A stretch of DNA of 60,923 nucleotides from contig JBIOWP010000072.1 of NCBI GenBank assembly GCA_044868695.1, positions 1 through 60,923 on the forward strand, read 5' to 3'. Under the pieces are notes generated by a model. The model ran no database searches, was not told where the DNA came from, and saw nothing but the letters and a program-made list of their open reading frames with translations. Both the position numbers and the translations under genes were made by a program. Position 1 is the stretch's first letter. The number at the start of each line of letters is the position of its first letter. This stretch comes from a bacterium (GTDB lineage Bacteria; Sysuimicrobiota; Sysuimicrobiia; Sysuimicrobiales; Kaftiobacteriaceae). Of this stretch, positions 27,960 through 38,554 are shown in pieces.

Positions 27960-28205
27960 TTACGGGCCGGATACGTCGACCAGCCCGCGGGCCACCGCCC
28001 AGGCGGCAATTTGCGCACGCGAACCAAACCCCAGCTTGTTGAGAATGTGCTGGACGTGATTGCCGGCGGTGCGTTCCGTGATAGTCAATGCCCGCGCAAT
28101 CTCACGATTGGTCAGCCCGGTGGCGATCAGGATCGCAACTTCTTGTTCGCGAGGCGTGAGAGGACTCCGGCGGGGCCCGCGCGGTGCACTGCTTGGGAGA
28201 GCCAG
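27960..28205 (-). CDS. Stand-alone LuxR/NarL-type HTH protein, missed by the ORF track (putative CTG start; could be a remnant)
   Basis: Manual translation gives SPLTPREQEVAILIATGLTNREIARALTITERTAGNHVQHILNKLGFGSRAQIAAWAVARGL, TAA at 27962-27960. No ATG/GTG/TTG in frame upstream of the HTH; GGAGG lies 9 nt before CTG 28205. Confidence 0.7.
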   Translation of the reverse strand: MALPSSAPRGPRRSPLTPREQEVAILIATGLTNREIARALTITERTAGNHVQHILNKLGFGSRAQIAAWAVARGLVDVSGP

Positions 28206-28307
28206 GGGGGATCGCCTCCGCCTATCAACAGGAGGCGTGCCTGTGTCGCGGACGACACGTCCCTCTACATCATGCCCGGCCCGGCGTGTCCACAGACACG
28301 AGTGGAG

Positions 28308-29375
28308 CTACGGCGCGAAGCGGAAGAGCATCACATCGCCATCTCCGACGACGTACTCCTTCCCCTCCAGCCGCACCAGCCCGCGGTCCTTCGCCGTCTG
28401 GAGGGAGCCCGCCTCGACGAGTCGATCCCAGGCGATGACTTCTGCACGGATGAATCCTCGCTGCATGTCGGTGTGGATGGTGCCGGCGGCCTCGGGCGCC
28501 CGCGTCCCCTGCGGCACCGCCCAGGCGCGGACCTCCTGCGAGGCGGTCGTGAAGAACGTCACGAGGCCGAGCACCTCGTACGCCGCCCGGATCAGCTGGC
28601 TCAGCCCGGGTTCCTCGATGCCGTACGCCAGTAAGAAGGCGCCGGCCTCGGGCTCCCCCAGCTGCGACGCCTCGGCTTCCAGCTTCGCCGACAGCACGAC
28701 GGCGGGGGCGCCCTGCGCCCGCGCATGCGCGAGCACCGGGTCGGCGGACGGGGCGCCGGGGAGGTCGCGATCGGCCACGTTGGCCACGTACACCACGGGC
28801 TTGGCCGTCAGCAACCGCAGCGAGCCTGGGACGGGAAGCCGCCGTGCCGGGACGCCGCGCTGCAGGTCCCCCACCACCCGCTCGAGCGTACCGACCTCGT
28901 CGGCCGCCTTCGGATCGTGCGCCTTGACCCGCACCCGGGCCCGCTCCAGTTCCCGTTCTGTGACCGCGAGGTCCGCGAGCGTGAGTTCGGTCTCCACGAT
29001 CTCGAGGTCGCGCGCAGGATTCACCCCGCCCTCGACGTGAGGCACGTCGGGATCCGGGAAGCAGCGCACGACGTGGGCCATCGCGTCCACGTCGCGGATG
29101 TGCGCAAGGAACTGGTTGCCCAGGCCCTCACCGCGCGACGCGCCGCGCACCAGCCCGGCGATGTCGACACACTCCATGGTGGCCGGGACGATGCGTTCGG
29201 GATGAGTGACGGACGCCACCGCCGCCAGACGGGGATCCGGCACCGGCACCACACCGTGGTGGGGCTCGATCGTGGTGAAGGGGTAGGTTGCGACGGCCGC
29301 GCCGGCCCGGCTGAGGGCGTTGAACAGGCTGGACTTGCCGGCGTTGGGCAGCCCGACGATGCCGACGGAGAGCAT
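28308..29375 (-). CDS. ychF: Redox-regulated ribosome-binding ATPase YchF
   Basis: [47 protein letters not shown]...[18 protein letters not shown]. Confidence 0.96.
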   Translation of the reverse strand: MLSVGIVGLPNAGKSSLFNALSRAGAAVATYPFTTIEPHHGVVPVPDPRLAAVASVTHPERIVPATMECVDIAGLVRGASRGEGLGNQFLAHIRDVDAMAHVVRCFPDPDVPHVEGGVNPARDLEIVETELTLADLAVTERELERARVRVKAHDPKAADEVGTLERVVGDLQRGVPARRLPVPGSLRLLTAKPVVYVANVADRDLPGAPSADPVLAHARAQGAPAVVLSAKLEAEASQLGEPEAGAFLLAYGIEEPGLSQLIRAAYEVLGLVTFFTTASQEVRAWAVPQGTRAPEAAGTIHTDMQRGFIRAEVIAWDRLVEAGSLQTAKDRGLVRLEGKEYVVGDGDVMLFRFAP

Positions 29376-32300
29376 CTACCCCGTCGTCTTTTCCTTCAGC
29401 GCGTGCGCGACGTACACTTTGTTGCCGCCGGACCGTTTCGCCGTATACTGCGCGCGGTCCACAGCGTCCACCAGGGCGTCGACCATGTCCCCATCGTCGG
29501 GGCTCGCGGCCACTCCGACGCTCAAGGTCACCGTGGTGACGATGCTCTCCCCCAGCAGGAACGGATAGGCCTCCACCGCGCGGCGCAGCCGCTCGGCGAT
29601 CTCGGACGCCGTTTCCTTCGAGGTGTTGGGCAGCACGATCATGAACTCATCGCCGCCGTACCGCGCGACGATATCGGTGAGGCGGCTGCCTTTGCGCAGC
29701 AGGTCGGCCACGATACGCAGCACGTCGTCCCCCCGCTGGTGGCCGTAGGTATCGTTGTAGCGTTTGAAGCTGTCGATCTCGAGCATGATCGCGGCCAGCG
29801 GCTGGTTGTCCCGCCGGCAGCGCTCCAGCGCGCGTTCCAGCGCTTCGTGCAGGTACCGGTGATTGTACAGCTCCGTCAGCCCATCGGTGATCGCCAGCCG
29901 TTTGGTCTTCTCGTACAGCCGCGCGTTCTCGATGGCGATCGTCGCGTACCCCGCCAGGGCGGTGAGCACGTGCAGGTCACGCTGGCCGAACGCCCCCCGC
30001 CGGCTGCTCTCGATGTTGAAGACGCCGTTGACGCGGCCCTCGCTGATCAGGGGCACCGCGATTTCCGACGCCACCCGTTCGGTGATCCCGATGTAGCGCG
30101 GATCTTTCCGCACGTCGGGCACGATCTCCGGCTTGCCGGTGCGCTGCACCGCCCCGGTCACACCCTTGCCAGCGGGGATCCGGTAGAGCCGGGTCCCGGG
30201 CGCGTAGCCGTAGATCGCCTCCACGACCAGGTCTCCGCTGCGCTCGTCCAGCAATAGAATGGCCCCCTGCTCATAGTTGAACGCCTGGCAGGTGACCTGC
30301 ACGAGGTTGTTCAACACCGATTCCAGCTCCAGGCTGCTGCTGATCGTCTTGGCGGCCTCGTACAGCACGGTGATCTCGTCACGCGACCGCTGCGCCTCCT
30401 CATACAGCGTCGCGTTCCGCAGCGCCACGCCCAGCTGCCCGGCCAGCGACTGCAGCAGGGCGATGTCGGCGTCCAGCAGCCGCCGCGCACTGTCGGCCTC
30501 GACGTTGAGGACGCCCAGCACGCGGCTGTCGGCGCCAATCGGCACGGCCGCCTCGCTGCGCATCGCCGGGTCGGCGGAGATGTAGTCGCGGTCCTTCGTC
30601 ACGTCGGGCACCAGCACCGGCTTCCCGGTGCGCGCGACGCGCCCCACGATCCCCTTGGTGATGTGGATCTTCTCGTGCGATTCCCGGTACCCGACCTGCG
30701 CCTGCAAGATGAGGTAGTCCCCCTCCAACCGGTGGATGCTGACGTGCGTGTAGCCGAACGTCTGGGAGACTTCCTCGACGATGCGGCGGAACATGTCGGT
30801 CAGATCCAGCGTGCCGGTCACGGTGCTAAGGACGCGGTTGAGGAGGTTGACTTCCGCGGCATGCTGCTGCGCCTGCGTCAGCAGGGTGGCGTTCTGCACG
30901 GCGATGGCGGCCTGGTCGGCGATGGCCTGTCCCAGGCGCAGGTCCTCCTCGCCGTACGGACGCCTCCGGTTGTGGTAGAACACCAGCACGCCGAGCAGCT
31001 CCCCCTGGTACAGGAGCGGGAACGACGCCATCGTCTTGATGGTCTGCCAGACGGCCGCCAGCGGCGCCGCCTCCTTCTGCGCCAGCGTCTCGCGTAGCGC
31101 GGCCATCCGGGGGTCCTGCTCGACGTCCTCGATCACCAGCGCGGTCCGGAAGTCGACCGACAGGATGGGCACCGGCCCCGACACCGCGTGTTTGACAGCC
31201 TGGATGTACTCGACGGGCAGCCCGTGGGCGTAGACGTCGATGACGCCCTGCTGCTCCGTGCCCAGATAGATCGCGCAGCGGTCCACGTCCAGCACCTGCC
31301 GGGCGCCGTCCATGATGGCGGCCAGCACGTCATCCATCTTCAGCGTGCCGACGATCGTGTTGGCGATGTGCTGCAGGCTGGTCAGGCGCTCCACGCCGCG
31401 CCGCGTCGAGTCGAACAGCCGCGTGTTGTCGATCGCGGTCGCCACCTGCGCGGCGATGGTCTCCATGAGGCGCACGTCCTGCGGCGTGTACGCGTTGAAC
31501 GCGTAGCTCTGGACAGACAGCAGCCCGATCACCTGCTTGCCGCGCAGCACCGGGATGTACAGCATCGAGGCACTGCGCCGGTCCTCGCGGCCGATGCGCG
31601 GCAGGGGATCGGGCGCCGTCATCTCGCGGGGGGTCAGGTGCAGCGCGCGCGGCACGCCTCCATCCAGGATCGCGCGGGCTTCGGCATGCACGGGCCGCGC
31701 CTGCGGCGGGAAGCGCTTCCCGGAATCCACCAGGAACTCGAAGTTCAACGCATCGTGCTCGGCATCGTACAGCGCGACGTAGAAGACATCCGCCGGCATC
31801 AGCCGCCCGATATGCTCGTACATCGTGCGGAAGAGATGCTCCAGGTCCAGCGCAATCGAGGCCCGGCCGATGCGTTCGACGACTTCCAGTTCCCGGTGGG
31901 CCTGCTCCCGGGTCGTGTACAGCATCAAGATGTAGCCCATGAGCAGCAGGGGTACGGTGAGCACGATCGCGCCGACCGGCAGCGCCTGCACGTAGATGAG
32001 GGCCAGCACCAGGCCGAGGGTGGCGAACGCCAAGTTGTTGACCGCCTCCCAGGCGATGTTTACCGCGAACACCTGCAGGAACGGCGCGCCGCGCGTGCGG
32101 GAGACCATCCCGCTCACGAAGAGGCTGCTGGTGAGGATGTACGCGATGATCGCGATAAAGAACGCGAGGAAGAACATCAAATCCGCGCGGCCTGCGTACA
32201 GCGACGCCGGCAGCCACGACACGGCGGGATGGAGGGCGGTGAAGACCCCGCCGGCGACCATCACTGCGAGAATGTACTGCCCGCTGTTGAAGACCACGTT

Positions 32301-32582
32301 CAGGTAGGGGCGGCGGTGCAGCAGTCCGTTGCCGATGACCACGCCGAGGCTCATGACCAGCGCGGTGGGTACCGGCCCCATCACGACCAGGGCGGCGGAG
32401 GAGACCGCCAGACCAGCGGACTGGTAACCGCCGCGTGGCAGCGGGACCATCAGCCACTCGGTCACGACGGCCAGGAGCCCAAAGGCGGCCAGCAGGGTCG
32501 ACGGCGGAGGGTCCGTGATGCGCAGCAGCGGGACCAGGAGACCCCATCCCGCGATCGCCACGCCCCAGGCGTAGAGTTTCAT
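29376..32582 (-). CDS. Membrane-anchored multi-GAF diguanylate cyclase
   Basis: Multi-TM N-terminus, four GAF repeats (each ending AIDN/AVQN/ALRN/AIEN), TDGLTELYN, RLTD I-site, RYGGDEF. Confidence 0.9.
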   Translation of the reverse strand: MKLYAWGVAIAGWGLLVPLLRITDPPPSTLLAAFGLLAVVTEWLMVPLPRGGYQSAGLAVSSAALVVMGPVPTALVMSLGVVIGNGLLHRRPYLNVVFNSGQYILAVMVAGGVFTALHPAVSWLPASLYAGRADLMFFLAFFIAIIAYILTSSLFVSGMVSRTRGAPFLQVFAVNIAWEAVNNLAFATLGLVLALIYVQALPVGAIVLTVPLLLMGYILMLYTTREQAHRELEVVERIGRASIALDLEHLFRTMYEHIGRLMPADVFYVALYDAEHDALNFEFLVDSGKRFPPQARPVHAEARAILDGGVPRALHLTPREMTAPDPLPRIGREDRRSASMLYIPVLRGKQVIGLLSVQSYAFNAYTPQDVRLMETIAAQVATAIDNTRLFDSTRRGVERLTSLQHIANTIVGTLKMDDVLAAIMDGARQVLDVDRCAIYLGTEQQGVIDVYAHGLPVEYIQAVKHAVSGPVPILSVDFRTALVIEDVEQDPRMAALRETLAQKEAAPLAAVWQTIKTMASFPLLYQGELLGVLVFYHNRRRPYGEEDLRLGQAIADQAAIAVQNATLLTQAQQHAAEVNLLNRVLSTVTGTLDLTDMFRRIVEEVSQTFGYTHVSIHRLEGDYLILQAQVGYRESHEKIHITKGIVGRVARTGKPVLVPDVTKDRDYISADPAMRSEAAVPIGADSRVLGVLNVEADSARRLLDADIALLQSLAGQLGVALRNATLYEEAQRSRDEITVLYEAAKTISSSLELESVLNNLVQVTCQAFNYEQGAILLLDERSGDLVVEAIYGYAPGTRLYRIPAGKGVTGAVQRTGKPEIVPDVRKDPRYIGITERVASEIAVPLISEGRVNGVFNIESSRRGAFGQRDLHVLTALAGYATIAIENARLYEKTKRLAITDGLTELYNHRYLHEALERALERCRRDNQPLAAIMLEIDSFKRYNDTYGHQRGDDVLRIVADLLRKGSRLTDIVARYGGDEFMIVLPNTSKETASEIAERLRRAVEAYPFLLGESIVTTVTLSVGVAASPDDGDMVDALVDAVDRAQYTAKRSGGNKVYVAHALKEKTTG

Positions 32583-32583
32583 A

Positions 32584-32826
32584 TCATTGACCCTCTGCCC
32601 CGCCGGGGGTGGCGTTACTCATGCCTGCTTCTTCCTGGGGACGGCGGACAAATCGTTTGATCCGGCGTTCCAGCTTCGCGCGTTCCATCAGGACGTAGCG
32701 CCCGCACCCCTCGCAGCGGATCCCGACGTCCGCGCCGAGGCGTTCGATCTTCCATTGGTCGCTGCCGCACGGATGCGTCTTCCGAGTCTGCACCACATCC
32801 CCAAGGTACAGCTTAAGCACCGGCAT
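32584..32826 (-). CDS. DUF951 (YyzM-like) small protein
   Basis: LGDVVQTRKTHPCGS...W...LGADVGIRCEGCGR...ERRIK. TATAAT at 32844-32839 favours the ATG at 32826. Confidence 0.87.
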   Translation of the reverse strand: MPVLKLYLGDVVQTRKTHPCGSDQWKIERLGADVGIRCEGCGRYVLMERAKLERRIKRFVRRPQEEAGMSNATPGGAEGQ

Positions 32827-32873
32827 GAACGTATCCATATTATACGGCACCCCCGCCGACATGGTGCGCGCGG

Positions 32874-34358
32874 CTACCGCCGCTGCAGGAGCGCGTCCAC
32901 GGGTGCGAAGTCGTCGGTGAGCAGCGGCACGTCGTCGGTGGCGATGGGGGCATCGTACAGGTCGGACGCCGCGGCGAGAAAGCGCGGCAGGGTGACGCCG
33001 GGCGTGCCCCGCGCATGCGCGGCGGCCTCCAGCACCGCCGTACGCGGCAGGGCCGGCCGGGTCGTAGCCACCAGGATGATGTTCCGCAGCGACTCGGCGC
33101 TGCCAAACTCCTCCCAGTCGACCGGGAAGACATAGACGGTCGGAAAGACCGCCGCCATCGTCTTGTAGATCGCGCGGAACAACCCGCTGCGCGGCCCGCG
33201 CAGCGCGCCGATCACGTTGGATCCCAGCACGCCGCCGGGCGCCAAGCGGGTCTTGACGGTTTCGAAGAACTCGCGCGTGGCGAGGTGAAAAGGAATCGTA
33301 TCGATCAGGTAGGCGTCCAGGAGGATGATGTCGTACCCTCCGGCCGACCGTGCGGCAAACAGCCGTCCGTCCTGCGCCACCACGCGCAGGCGCTCGTCTG
33401 CGGGCACGTCAAAGTATCGCCGCGCGACGTCGATCACCGCCGGGTCGAGCTCCGCGACCTCGATCCGCACCTGCGCGTAGTCGTCGTGGTAGCGCGTGGG
33501 CACCGTCCCACCGCCCAGACCGATCATCAACACCCGCCGCGCCTCTGGCACGAAGGCGACCGGCAGGTGCATGTAGTCCGAGTAGGTGAACACCGTGCGC
33601 CGGGGATCGGCGTGGTCCCGCGCGCTCTGCCAGTAGTTGTCCAGCCGCAGGAAGCGCACCCCTCCCTCGTCGCTGACGGTGATGCGGTGGTAGACGGTAT
33701 CCCGCTCGTAGCGCGGGCGCTCCTGCCCTGCCGCGGGCGTCCGCCACGCCGGGACCCCCAGCAGCGCCACGGCCAGCGCCGCGCCGCCGGCGAGGAGAAA
33801 CCGGCGCGCACTGACCCAGACCGCCAGCGCCAGGACCATCAGGATGCCGCCGAGCAGATGCACGATCGCGCCGACGCCCAGCACGTCCAGCAAGACAAAC
33901 GACGCCAGCACCGTCCCGGCAATGCTGCCCAACGTGGAGACCGCGTACAGCACGCCGGCCACGTTCCCGATGGTCGCCACGGTGCGCGCCCGCAGCCGGA
34001 TCGCGTACGGGGACACCATTCCCATGAGTGCGCCTGGCAGGAGAAACAGCGCCGCGGCGGCAGCCAGCGGGCCGGCGCGCGCCCCGGCGCCGGCGGCCGA
34101 CAGCGACGAGAGGACGCCGGGCGACACCAGAGGGATGGGAAACACGAGGACCCCGGCCAGAAAGAGGACTCCGCCGAATCCCGCGCGGGACGGCCGGCGA
34201 TCCGCCAGGCGCCCACCCACGGCGTACCCCGCCGCCAGGGCGGCAAGGAAGACGCCGATCAGGCTGCCCCAGACGTAGATGGAGTTCCCGAAGACCGGCG
34301 CGATGATGCGGCTGCTGACGATCTCCAGCGCGAGCAGCACCGCGCCGCTCACGAACAC
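32874..34358 (-). CDS. Fused MFS-like membrane domain / spermidine-synthase-like SAM-binding protein
   Basis: EI.SSR..AP.FG.S..VW membrane N-terminus; IGLGGG, ELDPAV, QDGR, ILLDAY; terminal LLTDDFAPVD. The true start may lie slightly upstream. Confidence 0.85.
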   Translation of the reverse strand: MFVSGAVLLALEIVSSRIIAPVFGNSIYVWGSLIGVFLAALAAGYAVGGRLADRRPSRAGFGGVLFLAGVLVFPIPLVSPGVLSSLSAAGAGARAGPLAAAAALFLLPGALMGMVSPYAIRLRARTVATIGNVAGVLYAVSTLGSIAGTVLASFVLLDVLGVGAIVHLLGGILMVLALAVWVSARRFLLAGGAALAVALLGVPAWRTPAAGQERPRYERDTVYHRITVSDEGGVRFLRLDNYWQSARDHADPRRTVFTYSDYMHLPVAFVPEARRVLMIGLGGGTVPTRYHDDYAQVRIEVAELDPAVIDVARRYFDVPADERLRVVAQDGRLFAARSAGGYDIILLDAYLIDTIPFHLATREFFETVKTRLAPGGVLGSNVIGALRGPRSGLFRAIYKTMAAVFPTVYVFPVDWEEFGSAESLRNIILVATTRPALPRTAVLEAAAHARGTPGVTLPRFLAAASDLYDAPIATDDVPLLTDDFAPVDALLQRR

Positions 34359-34386
34359 GGCGACCTCGAGAATCGACGTCTCTCCT

Positions 34387-37011
34387 CTACGGAGCGGCCG
34401 GGACCGGCTCTTTCCCGGTAATCTTGATCGCGCCCTTCACAAGATCGACGACGGCGACCTGCCCGGCACGGATCTCCCCAGCCAGCACCATCCTGGCCAG
34501 CGTATTCTCGATCTCGCGCTGAATGAGCCGGCGCAGCGGCCGAGCGCCGAGGTCGGGATTGTACCCTTCCCGCGCCAGGTAGCTCAGCGCCGCCTCGCTG
34601 ATCTCCAGACGGATCTTCTGCCCTTCGAGGCGCCGCCGCAGGTCGCGCAGCTGGATCTCCACGATGGCGGCCAGGTGATCGCGCGACAGGGGGTGGAACA
34701 CAATGATCTCGTCGATGCGGTTGAGAAATTCCGGCCGCAACGCCTTGCGCACCTCGTCAAGCACCTGCACCCGCGCCATCTCGAACTGCGCGGCGTTGGC
34801 GGGGTCCAGCGATTGGAGATACTTGCTGCCGAGGTTGCTGGTCATGATCAGGACTGTATTCTTGAAGTCCACGGTGCGGCCGCGTCCGTCGGTGAGCCGG
34901 CCGTCCTCGAGCACCTGCAGCAAGACGTTGAACACGTCGCCGTGGGCCTTCTCGATCTCGTCGAACAGCACCACGCGATATGGGCGCCGGCGCACCGCCT
35001 CGGTCAGCTGGCCGCCCTGCTCGAACCCCACGTAGCCCGGCGGCGCGCCGACCAGACGGCTCACCGTGTGCTTTTCCTGGTACTCCGACATATCAAGGCG
35101 CACCATGGCCTCCTCGTCATCGAAGAGGTGGCGGGCCAGGGCCCGGGCCAGTTCGGTCTTCCCCACGCCCGTCGGGCCCAGGAACAGGAAGGACCCGATC
35201 GGCCGGCGCGGATCCTTCAGGCCGGCCCGCGCGCGGCGGATCGCATCACTGACGGCCTGCACGGCGTCGTCCTGTCCGACCACCCGCTCGTGCAGCCGCT
35301 GTTCCATCTCCAGCAGCTTGCGCATCTCGCCTTCCAGGAGCCGGCTCACCGGAATGCCGGTCCACGTGCTCACAATCTCCGCGACGTTCTCCGCGTCCAC
35401 TTCTTCTTTGAGCAGCCGCTGCCCCGAGGGCACCTGCTGCAGGCCGGCCTCCTGGGAGGCCAGCCGCCGCTGCAGGTCCGGCAGGACCCCGTAGCGCAGC
35501 CGGGCCGCGGTCTCGAGATCCGCCCGCCGCTCCGCCTCTTCGATCTGGTGGCGGGTCTGCTCGATCTGCTCCCGTGCCTGGCGGATGGCGGCGATCGCGC
35601 GCTTCTCGTCCTCCCACTGCCGGCGCACCCGGTCGCTGCTCTGCTTCAGCCCCGCGATCTCCTGCTCGAGCGCGGCCAGTCGTTCGCGGCTGGCCGGATC
35701 GTCTTCCTTCTTCAGGGCCTCCCGCTCGATCTCCAGCTGCATAATGCGGCGGTCGATCTCGTCCAGCTCGGTCGGCTTGCTGTCGATCTCCATCCGCAGC
35801 CGGCTGGCGGCTTCGTCGATCAGGTCGATGGCCTTATCCGGCAGGTACCGGTCGCTGATGTACCGGTCGGACAGCGTGGCGGCGGCGATCACCGCCGCAT
35901 CCGTGATGCGCACGCCGTGGTGCACCTCGTAGCGTTCCTTGAGGCCCCGCAGGAGGGAGATGGTCTCCTCCACGGAGGGCTCGCCGACGAAGACCGGCTG
36001 GAAGCGCCGCTCCAGGGCCGCGTCCTTTTCGATGTGCTTGCGGTACTCGTCCAGCGTGGTGGCGCCGATGGTCCGCAGCTCCCCCCGTGCCAGCATCGGC
36101 TTGAGCATGTTGGCGGCGTCGATGGCACCCTCGGCGGCCCCCGCGCCGACCACGGTGTGCAGCTCGTCGATGAAGAGAATGACTTCCCCGTTGCTGTCGG
36201 TAATCTCGCGCAGCACGGCCTTCAGGCGGTCTTCGAACTCGCCGCGGTACTTCGTGCCGGCCACCAGCGCCCCCAGGTCCAGCTGGACCACGCGCTTCTG
36301 CTTGAGGCCCTCCGGGACGTCACCGCGCACGATGCGCTGGGCGAGACCTTCCGCGATCGCGGTCTTGCCCACTCCCGGGTCGCCGATGAGCACGGGGTTG
36401 TTCTTCGTCCGCCGGGACAGCACCTGAATCACCCGCCGGATCTCGTCGTCGCGGCCGATCACCGGATCCAGATTCCCCGAGGCGGCCAGCCTGGTGAGGT
36501 CGCGCCCATAGCGCTCCAGCGCCTGGTATTTGCTTTCCGGGTTGGGATCGGTCACGCGCTGCGCGCCGCGTACCTCTGCGATGGCGCGGGCCAGCGGGTC
36601 AGCCGTCAGACCCGCCTCGGCCAGCGCCCGTCCCGCGGCGCCGTCACGCGAGGCGGCGATCCCCAGCAGGAGATGCTCGGTGCTGACATATTCGTCATGC
36701 AGCCGCTGAGCCTCAGCCTGCGCGGTCTCGATCGCCCGGCCCAGCCTGGGCGTGATCGCCAGGCCGTCGGTATTCTGCCCGGTGACCTTCGGCAGCCGGT
36801 CGAGCTCCGACCGCAGCCGGCCGCGCAGGGCCGGTACGCTGGCGCCGGCCTTCTCGATCACCCGGGGCACGATGCCGTCGGGCTGCTCCACCAGCGCGAG
36901 CAGAAGGTGTTCGGCGTCCATCTGCGCGTGCTGGAACAACCTCGTCAGTTCCTGCGCCCTTAGAATCGCCTCTTGCGCCTTCTCTGTGAACTTATCAAAC
37001 CGGATCGCCAT
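34387..37011 (-). CDS. clpB: Chaperone ClpB
   Basis: [11 protein letters not shown], two AAA+ modules ([16 protein letters not shown]), coiled-coil M domain, [15 protein letters not shown]. Confidence 0.97.
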   Translation of the reverse strand: MAIRFDKFTEKAQEAILRAQELTRLFQHAQMDAEHLLLALVEQPDGIVPRVIEKAGASVPALRGRLRSELDRLPKVTGQNTDGLAITPRLGRAIETAQAEAQRLHDEYVSTEHLLLGIAASRDGAAGRALAEAGLTADPLARAIAEVRGAQRVTDPNPESKYQALERYGRDLTRLAASGNLDPVIGRDDEIRRVIQVLSRRTKNNPVLIGDPGVGKTAIAEGLAQRIVRGDVPEGLKQKRVVQLDLGALVAGTKYRGEFEDRLKAVLREITDSNGEVILFIDELHTVVGAGAAEGAIDAANMLKPMLARGELRTIGATTLDEYRKHIEKDAALERRFQPVFVGEPSVEETISLLRGLKERYEVHHGVRITDAAVIAAATLSDRYISDRYLPDKAIDLIDEAASRLRMEIDSKPTELDEIDRRIMQLEIEREALKKEDDPASRERLAALEQEIAGLKQSSDRVRRQWEDEKRAIAAIRQAREQIEQTRHQIEEAERRADLETAARLRYGVLPDLQRRLASQEAGLQQVPSGQRLLKEEVDAENVAEIVSTWTGIPVSRLLEGEMRKLLEMEQRLHERVVGQDDAVQAVSDAIRRARAGLKDPRRPIGSFLFLGPTGVGKTELARALARHLFDDEEAMVRLDMSEYQEKHTVSRLVGAPPGYVGFEQGGQLTEAVRRRPYRVVLFDEIEKAHGDVFNVLLQVLEDGRLTDGRGRTVDFKNTVLIMTSNLGSKYLQSLDPANAAQFEMARVQVLDEVRKALRPEFLNRIDEIIVFHPLSRDHLAAIVEIQLRDLRRRLEGQKIRLEISEAALSYLAREGYNPDLGARPLRRLIQREIENTLARMVLAGEIRAGQVAVVDLVKGAIKITGKEPVPAAP

Positions 37012-37012
37012 C

Positions 37013-37966
37013 TTACTTGCACCCGAGATGCGCGCGCGGATTCTCCGTGCGCAGTTTCGCCAGCTCCTCAAAGAGCTGGTGTTCCTTTGGAGATGGTGTC
37101 GCCGGCAGCACGACGGTGACGCGGACCAGCTGGTCGCCGCGTCCCCCACCCCGCCTGGGCATCCCCTGGCCCCGCAGCCGGAACGTCTGTCCGTTCTGCG
37201 TGCCCGGCGGGACCGTCATCTCCACCTTTCCGTCCAGCGTCGGGGCCTCAATCGTGGCGCCGAGCACGGCTTCCGACGCCGTCACCGGCAGCTCGATCAC
37301 CATGTCGTCGCCCGTCCGTTCGAAATGCGGATGCGGCTGCACCTGCACGGTCAGGTAGAGGTCCTCCCCGTCAAGGGCGCCGGGCAGGCGGATCCGCTGC
37401 CCGCTGTGCACGCCCCGGGGAATGGTCACGTCGAACCGCCGCGTCGTGCCGTTGAGCTGGGCGGCAAATGTCTTGCGCGTCCCGGCAAACGCCTCCTCGA
37501 GCGTCACGGCGATGGCGGACTCGGCCTGACGGCCCATCCGTTCGCGGGGCCGCTCGTCCGCTCTGATCCCGCCGCGCCGCCTGGGTCCGGGGACTTCTGC
37601 GCCGAAGAATTGCTTGAAGAAGTCGCTGAACCCCAGCCCGCCCAGCAGATCGTCGAGGCCCTCGGTGCCGAAGGTGACGGTCCATCCGCCCGGGGTCTGC
37701 TGCGCGCCGCGGCCGAACAGCTGCTGCCAGTCCGCGCCGCCGTGCTGATAGGCCTCATACATCTGGTCGTAGCGGGCGCGCCGTTCAGGATCGCCCAAGA
37801 CCTGGTACGCTTCGTTGATCTGCTTGAATGTGTCTTCCGCTCCCGCGCTCTTGTTGACGTCTGGGTGGTGCGCCCGCGCAAGTTTCCGGAACGCCGCGCT
37901 GATGGTCTTTTGATCGGCGGTCCGGTCGACGCCCAGCACCCTGTAGTAGTCTTTGAACTCCATCAC
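37013..37966 (-). CDS. dnaJ: DnaJ-class co-chaperone without Zn finger (CbpA-like)
   Basis: [32 protein letters not shown] region, Dna[10 protein letters not shown]; no CxxCxGxG repeats. Confidence 0.9.
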   Translation of the reverse strand: MMEFKDYYRVLGVDRTADQKTISAAFRKLARAHHPDVNKSAGAEDTFKQINEAYQVLGDPERRARYDQMYEAYQHGGADWQQLFGRGAQQTPGGWTVTFGTEGLDDLLGGLGFSDFFKQFFGAEVPGPRRRGGIRADERPRERMGRQAESAIAVTLEEAFAGTRKTFAAQLNGTTRRFDVTIPRGVHSGQRIRLPGALDGEDLYLTVQVQPHPHFERTGDDMVIELPVTASEAVLGATIEAPTLDGKVEMTVPPGTQNGQTFRLRGQGMPRRGGGRGDQLVRVTVVLPATPSPKEHQLFEELAKLRTENPRAHLGCK

Positions 37967-38523
37967 TTTGCGACGCGCACGCGCGCCGGCCGCAGCACCT
38001 CTCCGTTTAACAGATACCCCCGCTGGAATTCGTCAACGATCGTCCCAGGCTCGACGCCGTGCTCGTGAGCCGCGGTCACGTCGACGGCCTCATGGTAGCG
38101 GGGGTCGAACGCGTGGCCTTTGGACTCCATCGGCGTCACCCCCAGGGCGGCCAGCTGCTCCACCACCTGGCGGTGGGTCATCCGGATCCCCTCGACGACC
38201 GTGCCGCTGTCCCCGCTGGTGATGTGCTCCAGCGCCCGCTCGAGGTTGTCGGCGACCGCCAGAACCACGCCCAGCAGGGCCAGCCGCGTCCGCTGCACCG
38301 CGTCCTCGCGCTGGCGGACCGCCTGCTTCTTGTAGTTCTCCAGATCGGCAGCCGCGTGGAGGAACTGCTGCCAGTTGTGCTCCGCTTCCTCTTTATAGCG
38401 CGCGGCATCCGCGCGCAGGCCGGCGAGCTGCGCGTCTCCACTCGCGGGCGCAGATGCCTCAGGCTCGCGCGCGTCCGCGGCATCGTCACCGGCCGCCGGT
38501 CGAGGATCCTTCCGCTCGTCCAT
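37963..38523 (-). CDS. grpE: Nucleotide exchange factor GrpE
   Basis: ADLENYKK, DNLERAL, FDPRYHEA, QRGYLLNGEVLRPARVRV. Confidence 0.95.
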   Translation of the reverse strand: MDERKDPRPAAGDDAADAREPEASAPASGDAQLAGLRADAARYKEEAEHNWQQFLHAAADLENYKKQAVRQREDAVQRTRLALLGVVLAVADNLERALEHITSGDSGTVVEGIRMTHRQVVEQLAALGVTPMESKGHAFDPRYHEAVDVTAAHEHGVEPGTIVDEFQRGYLLNGEVLRPARVRVAK

Positions 38524-38554
38524 GCTCCTGTGCTCCCCGTCCCTGTTCCCGCCG

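Noticed and set aside
28206..28310. Stop-codon read-through fusing YchF to the LuxR HTH
   Set aside because: The frames match, but YchF ends at its normal C-terminus (MLFRF), the linker looks non-coding and there is no recoding signal; one in three adjacent ORFs share a frame by chance
34279..36963. Very long plus-strand ORF (894 aa) and similar ones (9623-11590, 53259-55619, 39587-41113, 28725-30257)
   Set aside because: These are antisense shadows of well-supported genes (clpB, SBP, decarboxylase, dnaK, cyclase), expected from high-GC codon bias, and show no recognisable motifs
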